Origin: Macrostomum hystrix
Lineage: Eukaryota > Animalia > Platyhelminthes
Reading direction: 5' to 3'
Assembly: GCA_950097015.1 (NCBI GenBank)
Contig: CATNEN010000007.1
Location: 8,680,001 to 8,744,000, forward strand
Length of the DNA: 64,000 nucleotides
This document shows, one piece after another, positions 12,560 to 24,929 of the stretch; position 1 is the stretch's first letter; each line of letters starts with the position of its first letter. The notes under the pieces are model-generated. The model did no database searches. It saw nothing but the letters and a program-made list of their open reading frames with translations, and had not been told where the DNA came from. The translations under genes and the position numbers were made by a program.

Positions 12560-14064
12560 TGCTGTTGGAAGCAAACATTCGGCATGGCATCACGGTCTAG
12601 AAAACTTTTAATCCGGTCCAAGTACACGACAAACTTGTTTGTTTTGCACTCGGCTTTTAGTTTCTCGTGGATTGTCGCCATAAGCTCGCGAAGACACACC
12701 AGTGAATCCGCTTGCCAATTATCGCAGAGTGCGTACGGCTGAGGTTTCAGGAGCAGTTCGATGCACTGCTGGACCCTGGCCACAGACTGGACTCCCTTCT
12801 TGTAGAGCTCGCCAACGAATCTGTGAAAACCCAATTAAAATAACCAATACGAGCGTCTTGACACTCTTCTTACTTGACTTAGCTGCAGGGTGGTCCATGG
12901 ACGCAGCGGGGAGGCGAGGATCGCCCATACCGCTAACCCCTGTAGTATATGACATTCAGCTGAGGTCAAGCTTCGAGCTAGATACGAGTACAAAATTCTT
13001 TCGAACTGCTTTGAAGAAATCAAATATGATCCTTCGTTTCATGTAATATCGTTGAGTAATTTGCTAAATCGAAGTACCTTAAACATGGTTATGTCACTCA
13101 GCCACTGTAGGCAAACTGTCAACTAACAATGCCCCACTCACATAGGGGAGGGTGGCAGAGCGGTGGTAAACACATTTGTCTCTCGCGCCAAGGTCTCTGG
13201 CTCGATTATTCGGGCCACATTCATTCGGGGCGCAGCCGTGGAGAGAAGGCCTGGGGGCTTTTTGTGCAATTTACGCCCTTGAGGGCCAACCTCCAAGGCA
13301 CAGTAAAAGTTTACACTGCATGACGATGAGAAAGTCAGGCAGATGCACACACCTGTGTGGGCGTATTATTATTATTATACTCACAGAATATTTCCGTAGT
13401 ACTGCATCCTTAATCTGATCGCTTGCTGGTCTCGCTGCTCAACCAGCGCCCTCTTTATGTCCTCTGAGTCTTCTCTCTCAATCTGCTCAAGCCACGGGGC
13501 AATCGCCTGCTGCAGTTGATCTGGCAGAGGAGTTGAAAGCAACTCGTTGCACTTTCTCAGCAGCAGCGACTTGAAGCTGACGAAGTGCCACTGACTGTCT
13601 TGCGACTGGTCTGGGATGTTTGCCCTCAGCTGCGCGAGTGAAACATTTTTGCCTTCATATATTAAACTGGCTTATGACGAATAATATGCCATTTACATAA
13701 AATAAATGATGACTTACACACGCCAATCGGCTGCTGACCTCGGCAAACAGTGCACCGAGTGACTTTTCCATAGTTGCCTGAAAAGCATAGTTGGGACAGC
13801 GTGTTGAAAACAAGCTTCCGACACAATTGAAAACTAACTTGCGCTCACCTTTTCAAACATGGCCTCCATGCATGCATACAGCCCGGCCACTGTCATTAAC
13901 TCGTAGAAGCTTTTCAGCTGCAGCAAGCTGGTCTCCATATTCTCAGCGTTTAGCGACGCAATAATCGGGCGAATTTTGGCCGCAACTTCAGCCAGTTCCC
14001 GAGCGTCAGGTGTCACTACAGGCCAGTCGGTGACATCTCCCTCTTCCTCAGTCTTGAAGCATTG
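12560..14064 (-). CDS. Divergent MIF4G-domain exon set (eIF4G-related module A)
   Basis: KIRPIIASLNAENM...AGLYACMEAMFEK | ATMEKSLGALFAEV | FVSFKSLLLRKCNELL...QYYGNI | RFVGELYKKGV...DSLVCLRELM. Intron positions match the conserved copies. Confidence 0.75.
13145..13378 (+). mobile_element. tRNA-derived SINE (family A)
   Basis: GGGGAGGGTGGCAGAGCGG head (A-box-like), body homologous to 26810-27572 (reverse strand) and 41283-41490, (ATT)n tail. Confidence 0.65.
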
Positions 14065-14424
14065 CTGCGAAATAATATGGTGCTGGTCAATATTTCAGGT
14101 AATAGACGAAAATACAATCCGCAACATATCTCATTGAAATTTCTAACCAGTTCTGAAATAAAAGCTTTTTCTGTCGCTGCTTTTTCCACATTGGCTTGAA
14201 CAGTCTGTCGCTCATTAGCTCTGCCCGAGAGATTCTGGCTGTGCTGAGACCGCCGTGCCCTCAAATCATCCGCCGACAGCGGCTGCAGATGTCGAGAATT
14301 ATCGACGGTTCTCGGTCTGGCAATGAGATTGAAGAAGCTGATGCATGGTGGCAAGGTACTCACCTACTTTTTTAAAAACTACAAACAATCCTCCGAAACA
14401 CTTACCTTGACTTTACAATATTTG

Positions 14425-14580
14425 TAATAAGGAAGTCCTGATGGTCCTTGGCCTGGCCTCGCTCCTGGTTGCTGCCGATCACCATCTTGCGCACGTCCAT
14501 CTTCTGCGCCTTGCGCATGGTCGTAACCGCCGTCAGCAGCAGCTGCTGTTTCTTGGACCTATCTTCCTGTCTGGCCTTTG
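14425..14580 (-). pseudogene. Diverged duplicate fragment of the eIF4G post-MIF4G linker exon
   Basis: KARQEDRSKKQQLLLTAVTTMRKAQKMDVRKMVIGSNQERGQA, homologous to 11760-11900 and 19990-20215. Confidence 0.7.
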
Positions 14581-14599
14581 TTACAGAATAACAAATTAG

Positions 14600-14910
14600 C
14601 GACTAGAATGCCCACAACAAGCGAAAGGGATAGTTTCATTTAATATCCCTAGCAGTCAATCGCATCAATCGTATTGAGCATACGGGTCGTAAATTCGAGA
14701 CAAATGGATAAAAGAATCGCTCACTCTGCAACTATTTAGATTGAACATTTTTCGAATTTTTCCTTTTAAATCTACCTCGTAATTCGTGTCTCAAACTAAA
14801 GTCTCGGTTCTTACATCGCTTCTAAATGTCGGAGGATAGCAGCGTTGCAGCCGAACGACTCAATATACGTGTGATTATGCCAATAAAGTGCTTAATAATA
14901 ATACAATAAT
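14600..14910 (+). repeat. Unclassified dispersed repeat; homologous pieces at about 22615-22720 and 25410-25580
   Basis: ctagaat.cccacaacaagcg.aa.ggat...aatcgcatc is shared with 22615. tctgcaactatttaga...ttcgtgtctcaa.ct.aagtctc...atgccaataaa.tgct is shared with 25410. Confidence 0.65.
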
Positions 14911-14914
14911 TGGA

Positions 14915-15955
14915 GGAGGACTGCAGGTTGGAATCAGGGCCGTACTCTCGCAAATCCAGGCTGACGGTTCGGAGTGCGTGATCGCCTATGCCTCGAAGTC
15001 GCTGAATCAAGCAAAATGCAATTATTGCACAACACGATTAGAGCTGCTGGCAGTTGTTCGTTTCCAAGTTTAAGTACTACCAGCTCGGCAAAGACTTCTG
15101 TCTTTGCACTGACTGGAGAAGCTGGCACCGTTCCAGAACAGGATTTTCCACTGGCCAGGGTGTGCTCACGCCAATGCGGATGCGATGTTCCGACTCAGAT
15201 CCTGTCTGTTCAACCGGGTCTAGCAACAGGATCAACAGAATTGAACTCGAAGGCATTCTAGCAACATATCTCAAGCGCAAACAGGACGAAGACCGTGACC
15301 ATCCATGCTGTCAGGAATGCCCTGATACTCACCAATCAGTCGCCGAATGCGGGAGAGATCGAAACAACGGCCTGGAGTCCGATGGCAAGAGGAATTCGGG
15401 CACGACGAGACGATTTGCTGCTACAAGAAGGGATGCTGGTCATACGCGACAAAAGCGAGACAGACGAACAGCTCATCGCTCTCCCACGAGGCTGTCTTTC
15501 AAGGACTCTGAAAAGTTTGCACCAGGGTGTCAGAGAAGGCCACATGGGTTTCGCGAAGACGAAGCCCAACGTGCTGCAGCGTTTCTAGCAGCGAGGCCAG
15601 GAGTTTATTATCTGAGGATGCGCTGTTCGTTGTCAAGCGAAATCAGGGAAGAAGAATCGCGCCCGTCTAAAACCCTCGCATTTGCCATGTCATTCCAATG
15701 CGTCATGTTTTCATTCCAAGCCGGAAACTCGTTTGTTCTCAGAACTCTGAATCCTGACTGTCCAAGACTCCTTTACCAAGTAGCCAGACGCCTACTCATT
15801 GCGCAATCAGAAAATGAAGACAGTGGCGAAAGTCCTGTTTGACAGATGGATTAGTCAGCATGGTTGTCCGAACAAGCTGCACAGTGACCAAGGATGAAAC
15901 TTCGAGTCGCAAATCGTTTGCCAGATTTGCCGGATGCTCGAGATCAGGAAGTGGA
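14915..15955 (+). mobile_element. Degenerate Ty3/Gypsy pol fragment (RT-RNase H-like domain, integrase)
   Basis: GIRAVLSQ..DG.ECVIAYASKSL..A..NYCTTRLELLAVV; LHQGVREGHMGFAKT (H2C2); WISQHGCPNKLHSDQG.NFES. Multiple stops and frameshifts. Confidence 0.85.
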
Positions 15956-15959
15956 GAGC

Positions 15960-17405
15960 AATGGTCTGCGCCTTCACGAGGTGCTCTCTGAAGGGCCTCA
16001 CGGCCCTCGAAATGCAGGTCACCTAAGGGCCCTCACCGAGCCCCAGCACAGCATTGAAAATTCGCCGCCCTTTGGCCACCCATAATTCCCAGTCAGCCGG
16101 CTGTCTGAACCGTGAAGTGTCTGAATTGTCTGAACCGGTCCGCCGAGCCTCAACGGTGGGCAACCAGCAGAGCGAGGCGTCACCTCACCCAGTCTGAACG
16201 CGTGCGGCCCCTAAGCAGTCTGCACCTTCTGCAACTCTACGCGGAGGGCGTCAATGCCAAAATGCCCGAAATATGCAAGCTGATGTCGAACCTGCACGTC
16301 GACGTGACGTGTCTGCAGGAGACCCACACGCTGCCCGTGCCACGGCCGCCGCCGACCCGAACGAGCGACCGGCATGTAACCAAGCTTGTGCTGCTCGGCG
16401 ACAAAGAAAGCGATCGGTGACGCCAAGCGCGAATCCTGGAAAACCTTTGCTGGCGAGGTGGCAACGGACAGCAACAACTCCAAGATCTGGAGAGTTGTTC
16501 GCTCCCTGGACGGTAGAAGCAGCAACACGCAACGTGACGCGGCGCTCCGGGTCGGTCAGAAGATGCTGGTCCGGTCAAAGGACATAGCTGAGGCCTACGC
16601 CCGTGATTATGCCGCCGGCCGCCGCCTCCCGAAGGACCGCCGGACTCGCGAACTCCGCCGAAGAAACTTCCGTAGCCCGGCCCCTTCAGGCGGTCGCCGA
16701 CTGCCCAGAGAGCAGAAAGTTCGCAACCCCTTCACCGGCCGACAGCTGGACAGGACCATCCGCTCCCTCCCGCTTAGGAAGGCGGCTGGACCTGACGAAA
16801 TCTGCGCCGAGCATCTTCAGCATCTAGCTCCCTGCAGCTTGGCGGCGCCCACACCGTGCCTATTCTCAAGAAAGGCAAGCCGGCCGATGAGATTGGCTTC
16901 TACCGGCCGAGCGGCTGTACTGGTGGGCCGAGTCCCGACACCTGCTGCACGTCGCCCAGGGCGGTTTCCACAAGCAGCGCAGCACCGAGGACCCGATTGC
17001 CTGGCTTACCCAGCCAATCAGCGATAGCTACGAAGCGTCAGATGAACAGAAGAACAGTCGTCGTCCTTTTCGAATTTCTCAGGGCGTACGACACCGTCTA
17101 GAAGCAGGGCCTGATGCACAAACTACATGCCGCCGGGGGCATCCGCTGGCTGACCAGTTTCCTGGCTAACCGCCGAGCTGCAGTGAAAGTGCACGGCGCG
17201 TTGAGCAGCTGGCGGCTCTTCCGCAAGGGCCTGCCGCAGGGAGCGTGCTCGCCCCGCTCGTTGCCATTTTCATCAACGACCTCCCCGACCACCTACCTAC
17301 TGACTGCACGCCATTCCTCTACGCGGAAGACCATGCCGTCGCGGTACAAGGCATGACAGTGGAGGAGGCGAAGGCGCAGCGAGCTATTGACGAGGTCTCC
17401 GGTTA
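15960..17405 (+). mobile_element. Degenerate, internally deleted non-LTR retrotransposon (APE start + RT; I/Jockey-like group)
   Basis: LLQLYAEG...VDVTCLQETH; KAAGPDEI..EHLQHL; PILKKGKP....YRP; F.RAYDTV; GLPQGA..SP. Confidence 0.8.
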
Positions 17406-18076
17406 GGCGAAAGACAGCCGCCATCTGATTGGCTGAACGCGGGCGTTGTTCGTCAACCCTTACTTTAGCCCTTCGTGGCTCTGCGCCACCCACCAATTAG
17501 CTCTGCGTCTACCCGATTAGCGCGTACAACCCTACCCCTCCCTGCGTGCTGTTGACTTGCTTGTGCACCGCTTCCTCTGTCTGCGCCACTCCCTCAGGTA
17601 GCTGCCCTATTTTATAGCATCGACTGCCTGGGACAGGGCGCCACGCGTTCGCTTCTGCGTTTTTGATCGCGTCGCGCGAAAGAAATCAAATACACAAAAC
17701 TCGTCAGAGACTCAGAGTAGATACCTGCGTCATCCTACGTTCCAACCGGCAAGCCCGGTCCGTATTGTACGATCGTACTTATGAGTACTTCTTGGGCGTC
17801 CTAAAACCAAAAGTTCCCGGCTGAAGCAGCACCTTAACACCTGGTTCAGTGATTACCAGATGGGTACCGAAAACCTGTACCAGTAAACCAGGAATCCCAT
17901 ATCGACCCCCATCACTACTAATTTTGGCTCTTTGCGGTTGATTACCAATGGTAACTGGAAGCAGCGCACAACTTATAGCACAGAAACAGGTCACGTGATT
18001 CAAACTGCCCACCATCGAGAGATTTCTCTGCTCACCAGTAAATAACTAATAATAAAACGCTCACAGAGTCACTTCG

Positions 18077-21000
18077 CGGCCGCTCGTGCAATCGAATCTC
18101 CATCTCGCGACGCTCCCATTTCCGCTCCCGCATCTCCACGATGTCCTGCAGGCGGAAGCGAACCTTCGACTCAATATCCTTGCTTTTGATCAGCTTCTTG
18201 ATCCGATCAAAGTACTGATCGATTCGGCCTTTTTGGCTGTTCTCACTCTCCAGCTTCTTGCCGACTGTCTTCAGCAGCTCGCACAGGCACTCCAGCGACT
18301 CTGTGAACATGCTCTTGTTGCCGTGATCTGACTTCAGCTGCGACACAATGCATTGGTGAATGATGTTTGCCGTCAGGATGTCTTTCATGAACAACTCGCC
18401 GATGAATCTGAAAAGACGATTGCAAATCGGTTGACCCAGTATATTTACCTTCAGCCTTGTCTTTTGGATGTAGCTCGTAAGACATGTACCACTTGTCTGA
18501 AGTAAGTCAGGTGGACAGTGCCTGAGCAGCCACCACAAATGTGAATCCTAGTGAGTCCTAGTGGCTTGAGCAGACGAGCCCACAACTAGCGACTTGTTAT
18601 GTCGTGTTGGCTCGATTGTTTTTCTTTATTTATCAACACCAGCACATTCTCAGTGACTCACCTGATGTTGCCGTAATATTGATCGTTCATTTTCTTTACT
18701 TGCTCGTCCCTCTCCTCTTCCAGCACCTTCCGCTTCTTGTCGTCTTTCTCATTGTCGATCCTCTCTTGCCACTGTGCTGCCTTCTGCTCCATCTGGTCCT
18801 TCAGCGGAGTCTCGAACATATCCTGGCACTTCTTCAACAGCAGGGAGCGAAATCCAACGAACTGTTTGTTCTCAGCTTGCGGCTGGTCCGGAAAGTTCAC
18901 CTTGAGCTATAAAACAGAATTGGGTCAAAGAGATTATTTTCCCATCTAGCAGACGCAACTGAGAGTAAAAAAAATAATAAATAACTGATTAAAAGTCATG
19001 AAAAACTAAAAAAATACTTAAACACTCACAAAAGCAAGGCGCTTGCAGATCTCGGCAAACACAGACGAGTAAGACTTCTCACGGGTGGCCTGTAGAAATA
19101 ATTACGTGAGTTAAAAAAAACAATGCTGCCAGAATACTGAAGGCTGAGGCAGCGAAACAACAAAGTTCCTATGTTCTAATCAGAATTATTGTTTGTTCAG
19201 CATGGTAGAGCAAATCAGGGATAACGGTCATTATTTAAAAGTAATTGCTGCTTGAAATATTGTCCTACAAAACTCAAATTCAACTGTATTCCCTCAACGA
19301 GCTTTTTAAGAACAAAATTTCGCAAACCTTGTCAAAGATGATGTCAACGCAGGCATTGAGGCCGCCGATGCTGCCGATGTCGCAAGTCGTGGTCAGCTGG
19401 GAGAAGCAGGACTCGAAGTTCTGTGGCGCGATCTTGTTCAGGATGGAGCGAATGTTGGGTTCGATGTGCTCCTTCTTGGCCTGCTCCTGGTCGTCCGGCT
19501 TCTTCTGCTGCAGGAAGCCGGGCACGTAGGCGCTGTCCATCATGATATTCTTGGTTCTCCTTTCCAGGGCATCGTGCGGCATGACTGGCGTTTCAATAGC
19601 CCGCGCCGGCAGCTCCACGCTAGACTGTGACCGCGGCATCTTGCCAGAGGCCGCCAGAGCTGCCACAGTCGGCTGCTGCAGTGGTGCATCCCGATGGGGC
19701 GAGGCGTCGCGGCTTGTTCCGCGGCTGGCGCTGGACTCGCGAGAATTCTTTTGGCTGCCGAATCTGCAATAGCGGAGTCAGTGGCACGGAATTGAGGGAA
19801 TCAGAAAGCTTAAGCAGTAACGGTCTCTAAGGTTCACAATGCTAGATTTTGGCCCAACACCAAAATGACATTAAACCCGATAAACGATCAAGCGACAGTT
19901 TCCTTACTTTGGCGTGCCACGGCCCCCGTCTTCCTTGCCACCTGGTCTTGCTTTAGCAACGAAGGACGGCCGTTGCGGTCCCAGACGGGTCTGGGCTTGG
20001 CCTTGCTCCTGGCTGCTGCCGATCACCATCTTGCGCGTGTCCATCTTCTGCGCCTTTCGCGTGGTTGTAACCGCCGTCCACTCGCTGGTCGCAGTGGCCG
20101 GAACCGGCGGACCAGCCGGAGGTCGGCTGTAGCTGCCCTGCCGACCGCCCCGAGTCTGTTGCATGCCCGCCAGCTTCTGTTTCTTGGACTCCTCTTCCTG
20201 CCTGGCCTTCAGCTCAAGCTCCTCCTTTGTCATCGGCCGCTCGTGCAATCGAATCTCCATCTCGCAACGCTCCCATTTCCGCTCCCGCATCTCCACGATG
20301 TCCTGCAGGCGGAAGCGAACCTTCGACTCAATATCCTTGCTTTTGATCAGCTTCTTGATCCGATCAAAGTACTGATCGATTCGGCCTTTTTGGCTGTTCT
20401 CACTCTCCAGCTTCTTGCCGACTGTCTTCAGCAGCTCGCACAGGCACTCCAGCGACTCTGTGAACATGCTCTTGTTGCCGTGATCTGACTTCAGCTGCGA
20501 CACAATGCATTGGTGAATGATGTTTGCCGTCAGGATGTCTTTCATGAACAACTCGCCGATGAATCTGAAAAGACGATTGCAAATCGGTTGACCCAGTATA
20601 TTTACCTTCAGCCTTGTCTTTTGGATGTAGCTCGTAAGACATGTACCACTTGTCTGAAGTAAGTCAGGTGGACAGTGCCTGAGCAGCCACCACAAATGTG
20701 AATCCTAGTGAGTCCTAGTGGCTTGAGCAGACGAGCCCACAACTAGCGACTTGTTATGTCGTGTTGGCTCGATTGTTTTTCTTTATTTATCAACACCAGC
20801 ACATTCTCAGTGACTCACCTGATGTTGCCGTAATATTGATCGTTCATTTTCTTTACTTGCTCGTCCCTCTCCTCTTCCAGCACCTTCCGCTTCTTGTCGT
20901 CTTTCTCATTGTCGATCCTCTCTTGCCACTGTGCTGCCTTCTGCTCCATCTGGTCCTTCAGCGGAGTCTCGAACATATCCTGGCACTTCTTCAACAGCAG

Positions 21001-21694
21001 GGAGCGAAATCCAACGAACTGTTTGTTCTCAGCTTGCGGCTGGTCCGGAAAGTTCACCTTGAGCTATAAAACAGAATTGGGTCAAAGAGATTATTTTCCC
21101 ATCTAGCAGACGCAACTGAGAGTAAAAAAAATAATAAATAACTGATTAAAAGTCATGAAAAACTAAAAAAATACTTAAACACTCACAAAAGCAAGGCGCT
21201 TGCAGATCTCGGCAAACACAGACGAGTAAGACTTCTCACGGGTGGCCTGTAGAAATAATTACGTGAGTTAAAAAAAACAATGCTGCCAGAATACTGAAGG
21301 CTGAGGCAGCGAAACAACAAAGTTCCTATGTTCTAATCAGAATTATTGTTTGTTCAGCATGGTAGAGCAAATCAGGGATAACGGTCATTATTTAAAAGTA
21401 ATTGCTGCTTGAAATATTGTCCTACAAAACTCAAATTCAACTGTATTCCCTCAACGAGCTTTTTAAGAACAAAATTTCGCAAACCTTGTCAAAGATGATG
21501 TCAACGCAGGCATTGAGGCCGCCGATGCTGCCGATGTCGCAAGTCGTGGTCAGCTGGGAGAAGCAGGACTCGAAGTTCTGTGGCGCGATCTTGTTCAGGA
21601 TGGAGCGAATGTTGGGTTCGATGTGCTCCTTCTTGGCCTGCTCCTGGTCGTCCGGCTTCTTCTGCTGCAGGAAGCCGGGCACGTAGGCGCTGTC
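18077..21694. repeat. Recent direct duplication: 18077-19537 is nearly identical to 20234-21694 (offset 2157); also 11325-11886 matches 19536-20094 (offset 8211)
   Basis: Line-by-line identity including introns. The ORF track shows identical peptides at these offsets. Confidence 0.95.
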
Positions 21695-23116
21695 GCTCTT
21701 GTGCAGGTCCACCTTGTCCAGTTTCTCCTCAGTCTGCAGGATGGATGCCTCCTGCCTCGTGTCAGGGCAGACAATCACAAAGTGTTTCGTTTCTATTTGA
21801 CCTGACACCTCTGGACGTTGGGGCCTTTGCTGCTTCTGTTGCTGAGGCGACCGCGCCGAAGTTGGCAGGTTGACTGGCCGAGATGACGATTCATCTAAAA
21901 TATTATTAGAATCTGTGCGTGCGACAAGTGCAGCAGTAGCTGCTGGAGCAGCATCAGTGGCAGTGGAGGAACTCGCAGCAAGTACTGTGTTGTAGGAAGA
22001 AGTGGTGGTGGTCTGCGAAGCACCTGTTTTAGCCGAGCTTCTCATCTTTATCATGTTACTTTTATCTGAGACAGACGACGTTTCGGATGGCACTCGCCGG
22101 ACCACATACACTTCCTGCTTTGTTTCCGGGTTCACAATCACTAGCGACATCTCCGCAGGACCTTGGTCGTGTGACTGCTGAGTTTGCTGTTGGACTGGGA
22201 GGTGTGGCTCACTGCTGATAGCAGTGGGGGCTAAAAACGGCGCGGCGGGAACCGCTCCGCTGCTTGGGTGGAACTGAGCATTTGAGTGCGTTGGGCGCGA
22301 CTGCGGCCGCGTGCCACTGGAATAGTTGATGGGCACAAACTGCTGTGTGTAGGCCGGGCTGGGCTGATGCTGCCGCTGCATCATGGGCATTGGCTGGCCG
22401 TACTGGTGTGCTGGGCCAGGATAATTGGTCACGGGACCATACGTGGCCATCTGCGGCTGATGGGGTGGGAGTGAGGCTTTGTTTGGCCATGAAAGCAGTT
22501 GTTCCCAGATTTTTTAAAGACAGAGAGGCACTTCAAATTATTGGTGAAACTTGATTAATATTTAATTTTTATTTTCCAAGTATAATAAAATACTTCAAAT
22601 ACTTTGAAGTAGACGCTAGAATTCCCACAACAAGCGGAAAGGATCATTTGATTTTATAGCCCTTGCAGCCAATCGCATCGTATTGAGTATCCGGGTTGCA
22701 AATCCGAGACAAAAAGCCAAAAGAATAAAAATGCCACTTGCCTTGCCATTTTCTTAGATGGATAGCTTTTAAAATGATTCTATCTAGATTTTATAGAAAA
22801 CTAAGAACGTACCAAAATGCCTTTGACAAAATACTTTCACACTACTTCTGAGTAGCAAGAAGCCAGCTTTTATTACAGATACTCACATATGCCGACGGAG
22901 CAGCCTGTATGTGCATCATTGTCTGGTGCTGAAGCGGCTGCAGATGCTGGTACTGTTGATGGGCCTGATACTGAGAGTTGGGCGGGAACTGAACTGGCGC
23001 ATTCGTAGGCCAGCCAGGATGAGGCTGAGGGACTGTAACCGAATGCTGGAAGACACCCTGCTGTGCATAGACTAGCTGCGGCTGTCCAGTGACATAACCT
23101 TGTGGGTAGCCCTGTC
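18077..23116 (-). CDS. EIF4G: eIF4G-like N-terminal Q/P-rich exons + MIF4G copy C + linker, fused in frame to duplicated MIF4G copy B (broken at 18077)
   Basis: SLVIVNPETKQEV motif; KVDLHKSDSAYVP; NIRSILNKIAPQNFE; FRSLLLKKCQ.MFE; YGNIRFIGELF; ESLECLCELLKTVGKKLE; SKVRFRLQDIVEMRERKW. Confidence 0.88.
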
Positions 23117-23539
23117 AGTAGAGCAGGTTGACATAATTTTTCAAGTCTTCATTAGGCTTTAATGGACTATACAGGAAACAGGCACAGACGCCTAACTACA
23201 ACTGCAAACCAGTCTCAGCATTTCATGACCGCTTATTGCATAGCAACAACGCCAAGAATGCCACTTCTAGAATCAAAGTCAGGCAGCACCCAACCGCTGG
23301 GACTGGGAGCCTGGGGCTATACGCAGTGAAACTGAGTGAGAAAGCTTCGACGCACTTGCACACTTATGTCATTTGCTTGCCAGGAATCAGATTGAACCAG
23401 AGAATAAACTTGACAGACTTTTTGTTTTAAAACCGACATTTTTTACTTACCATAGATTTATTACGTCTGACCACAAACATATTTTCAGGATGAACAGATG
23501 ATTTCTGTTCAGGATCCTGGAAGAGAAAAAAGTTCTTGG

Positions 23540-24929
23540 ACAACTTTTCCTGCCGGGCCTTCAGCTCAAGCTCCTCCTTCGTCATCGGCCGCTCTTGCAA
23601 TCGAATCTCCATCTCGCGACGCTCCCATTTCCGCTCCCGCATCTCCACGATGTCCTGCAGGCGGAAGCGAACCTTCGACTCAATTTCCTTGCTTTTGATC
23701 AGCTTCTTGATCCGATCAAAGTACTGATCGATTCGGCCTTTTTTGCTGTTCTCACTCTCCAGCTTCTTGCCGACTGTCTGCAGCAGCTCGCACAGGCACT
23801 CCAGCGACTCTGTGAACATGCTCTTGTTGCCGTGATCTGACTTCAGCTGCGACACAATGCACTGGTGAATGATGTTTGCCGTCAGGATGTCCTTCATGAA
23901 CAACTCGCCGATAAACCTGAATGGACAAATGCAAATCGTTTGTCGCAGTAAATTTCTATATTCACTGGGACAAATATGAATCCAATTTTGGTTGGCAAAT
24001 TGCTGGCTGTTTTTTAAGACCCATTCCTCTAGCCCAGTCGATGAGCACTTTTTTATAGAAGCCCTCATCCTGTTCTGTCGTGTTGGCTAGACCTTTTAAT
24101 TCATTTATTAAAACCAGTGCCTCACCTGATGTTGCCGTAATATTGTTCATTCGCTTTCTTCACCTGCTTGACCCTCTCCTCTTCCAGCACCTTCCGCTTC
24201 TTGTCGTCTTTCTCCTTGTCGATCCTCTCTTGCCACTGGGACGACATCTCCTCCATCTGGTCGGTCAGTGGAGTCTCGAACATTTCCTGGCACTTCATCA
24301 GCAGCAGGGAGCGGAATCCAACAAATTGTTTGTTCTCAGCTTGCGGCTGGTCTGGAAAGCTCACCTTGAGCTGTGAACCGCAATCGGTTGTCAGGGCTGG
24401 TTTCCGATTTTTACTGACAAAACAGAAACTGAAAGGATTTCAAAAATACTCAAAAGAGATCAAACTTACAAAGGCCAAGCGCTTGCAGATTTCGGCAAAC
24501 ACAGACGAGTATAAACTCTCATGGGTCGCCTGGAAAAAGTGCATAGATTAAAAAACTGGTGATAGGGAAAGAGCAAGGCTGATACAAGAGCTGCCAATGC
24601 AAAAACATCCGCAGCTTTCTACCTCACCTTTCTTACCTTCCCACAATGAGCTCTATAACAAGCTTACCTTCTCAAAGATGATGTCAACGCAGGCATTGAG
24701 GCCGCCGATGCTGCCGATGTCGCAAGTCGTGGTCAGCTGGGAGAAGCAGGACTCGAAGTTCTGTGGCGCGATCTTGTTCAGGATGGAGCGAATGTTGCGT
24801 TCGATGTGCTCCTTCTTGGCCTGCTCCTGGTCGTTCGGCTTCTTCTGCTGCAGGAAGCCGGGCACGTAGGCGCTGTCGCTCTTGTGCAGGTCCACCTTGT
24901 CCAGTTTCTCCTCAGTCTGTTCAGGATCC
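23540..24929 (-). CDS. EIF4G: eIF4G MIF4G exon set, copy D (partial paralog or older duplicate)
   Basis: Same four exons as copies B and C with scattered substitutions (e.g. LLMKCQEMFETPLTDQ); introns are diverged. Confidence 0.85.
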
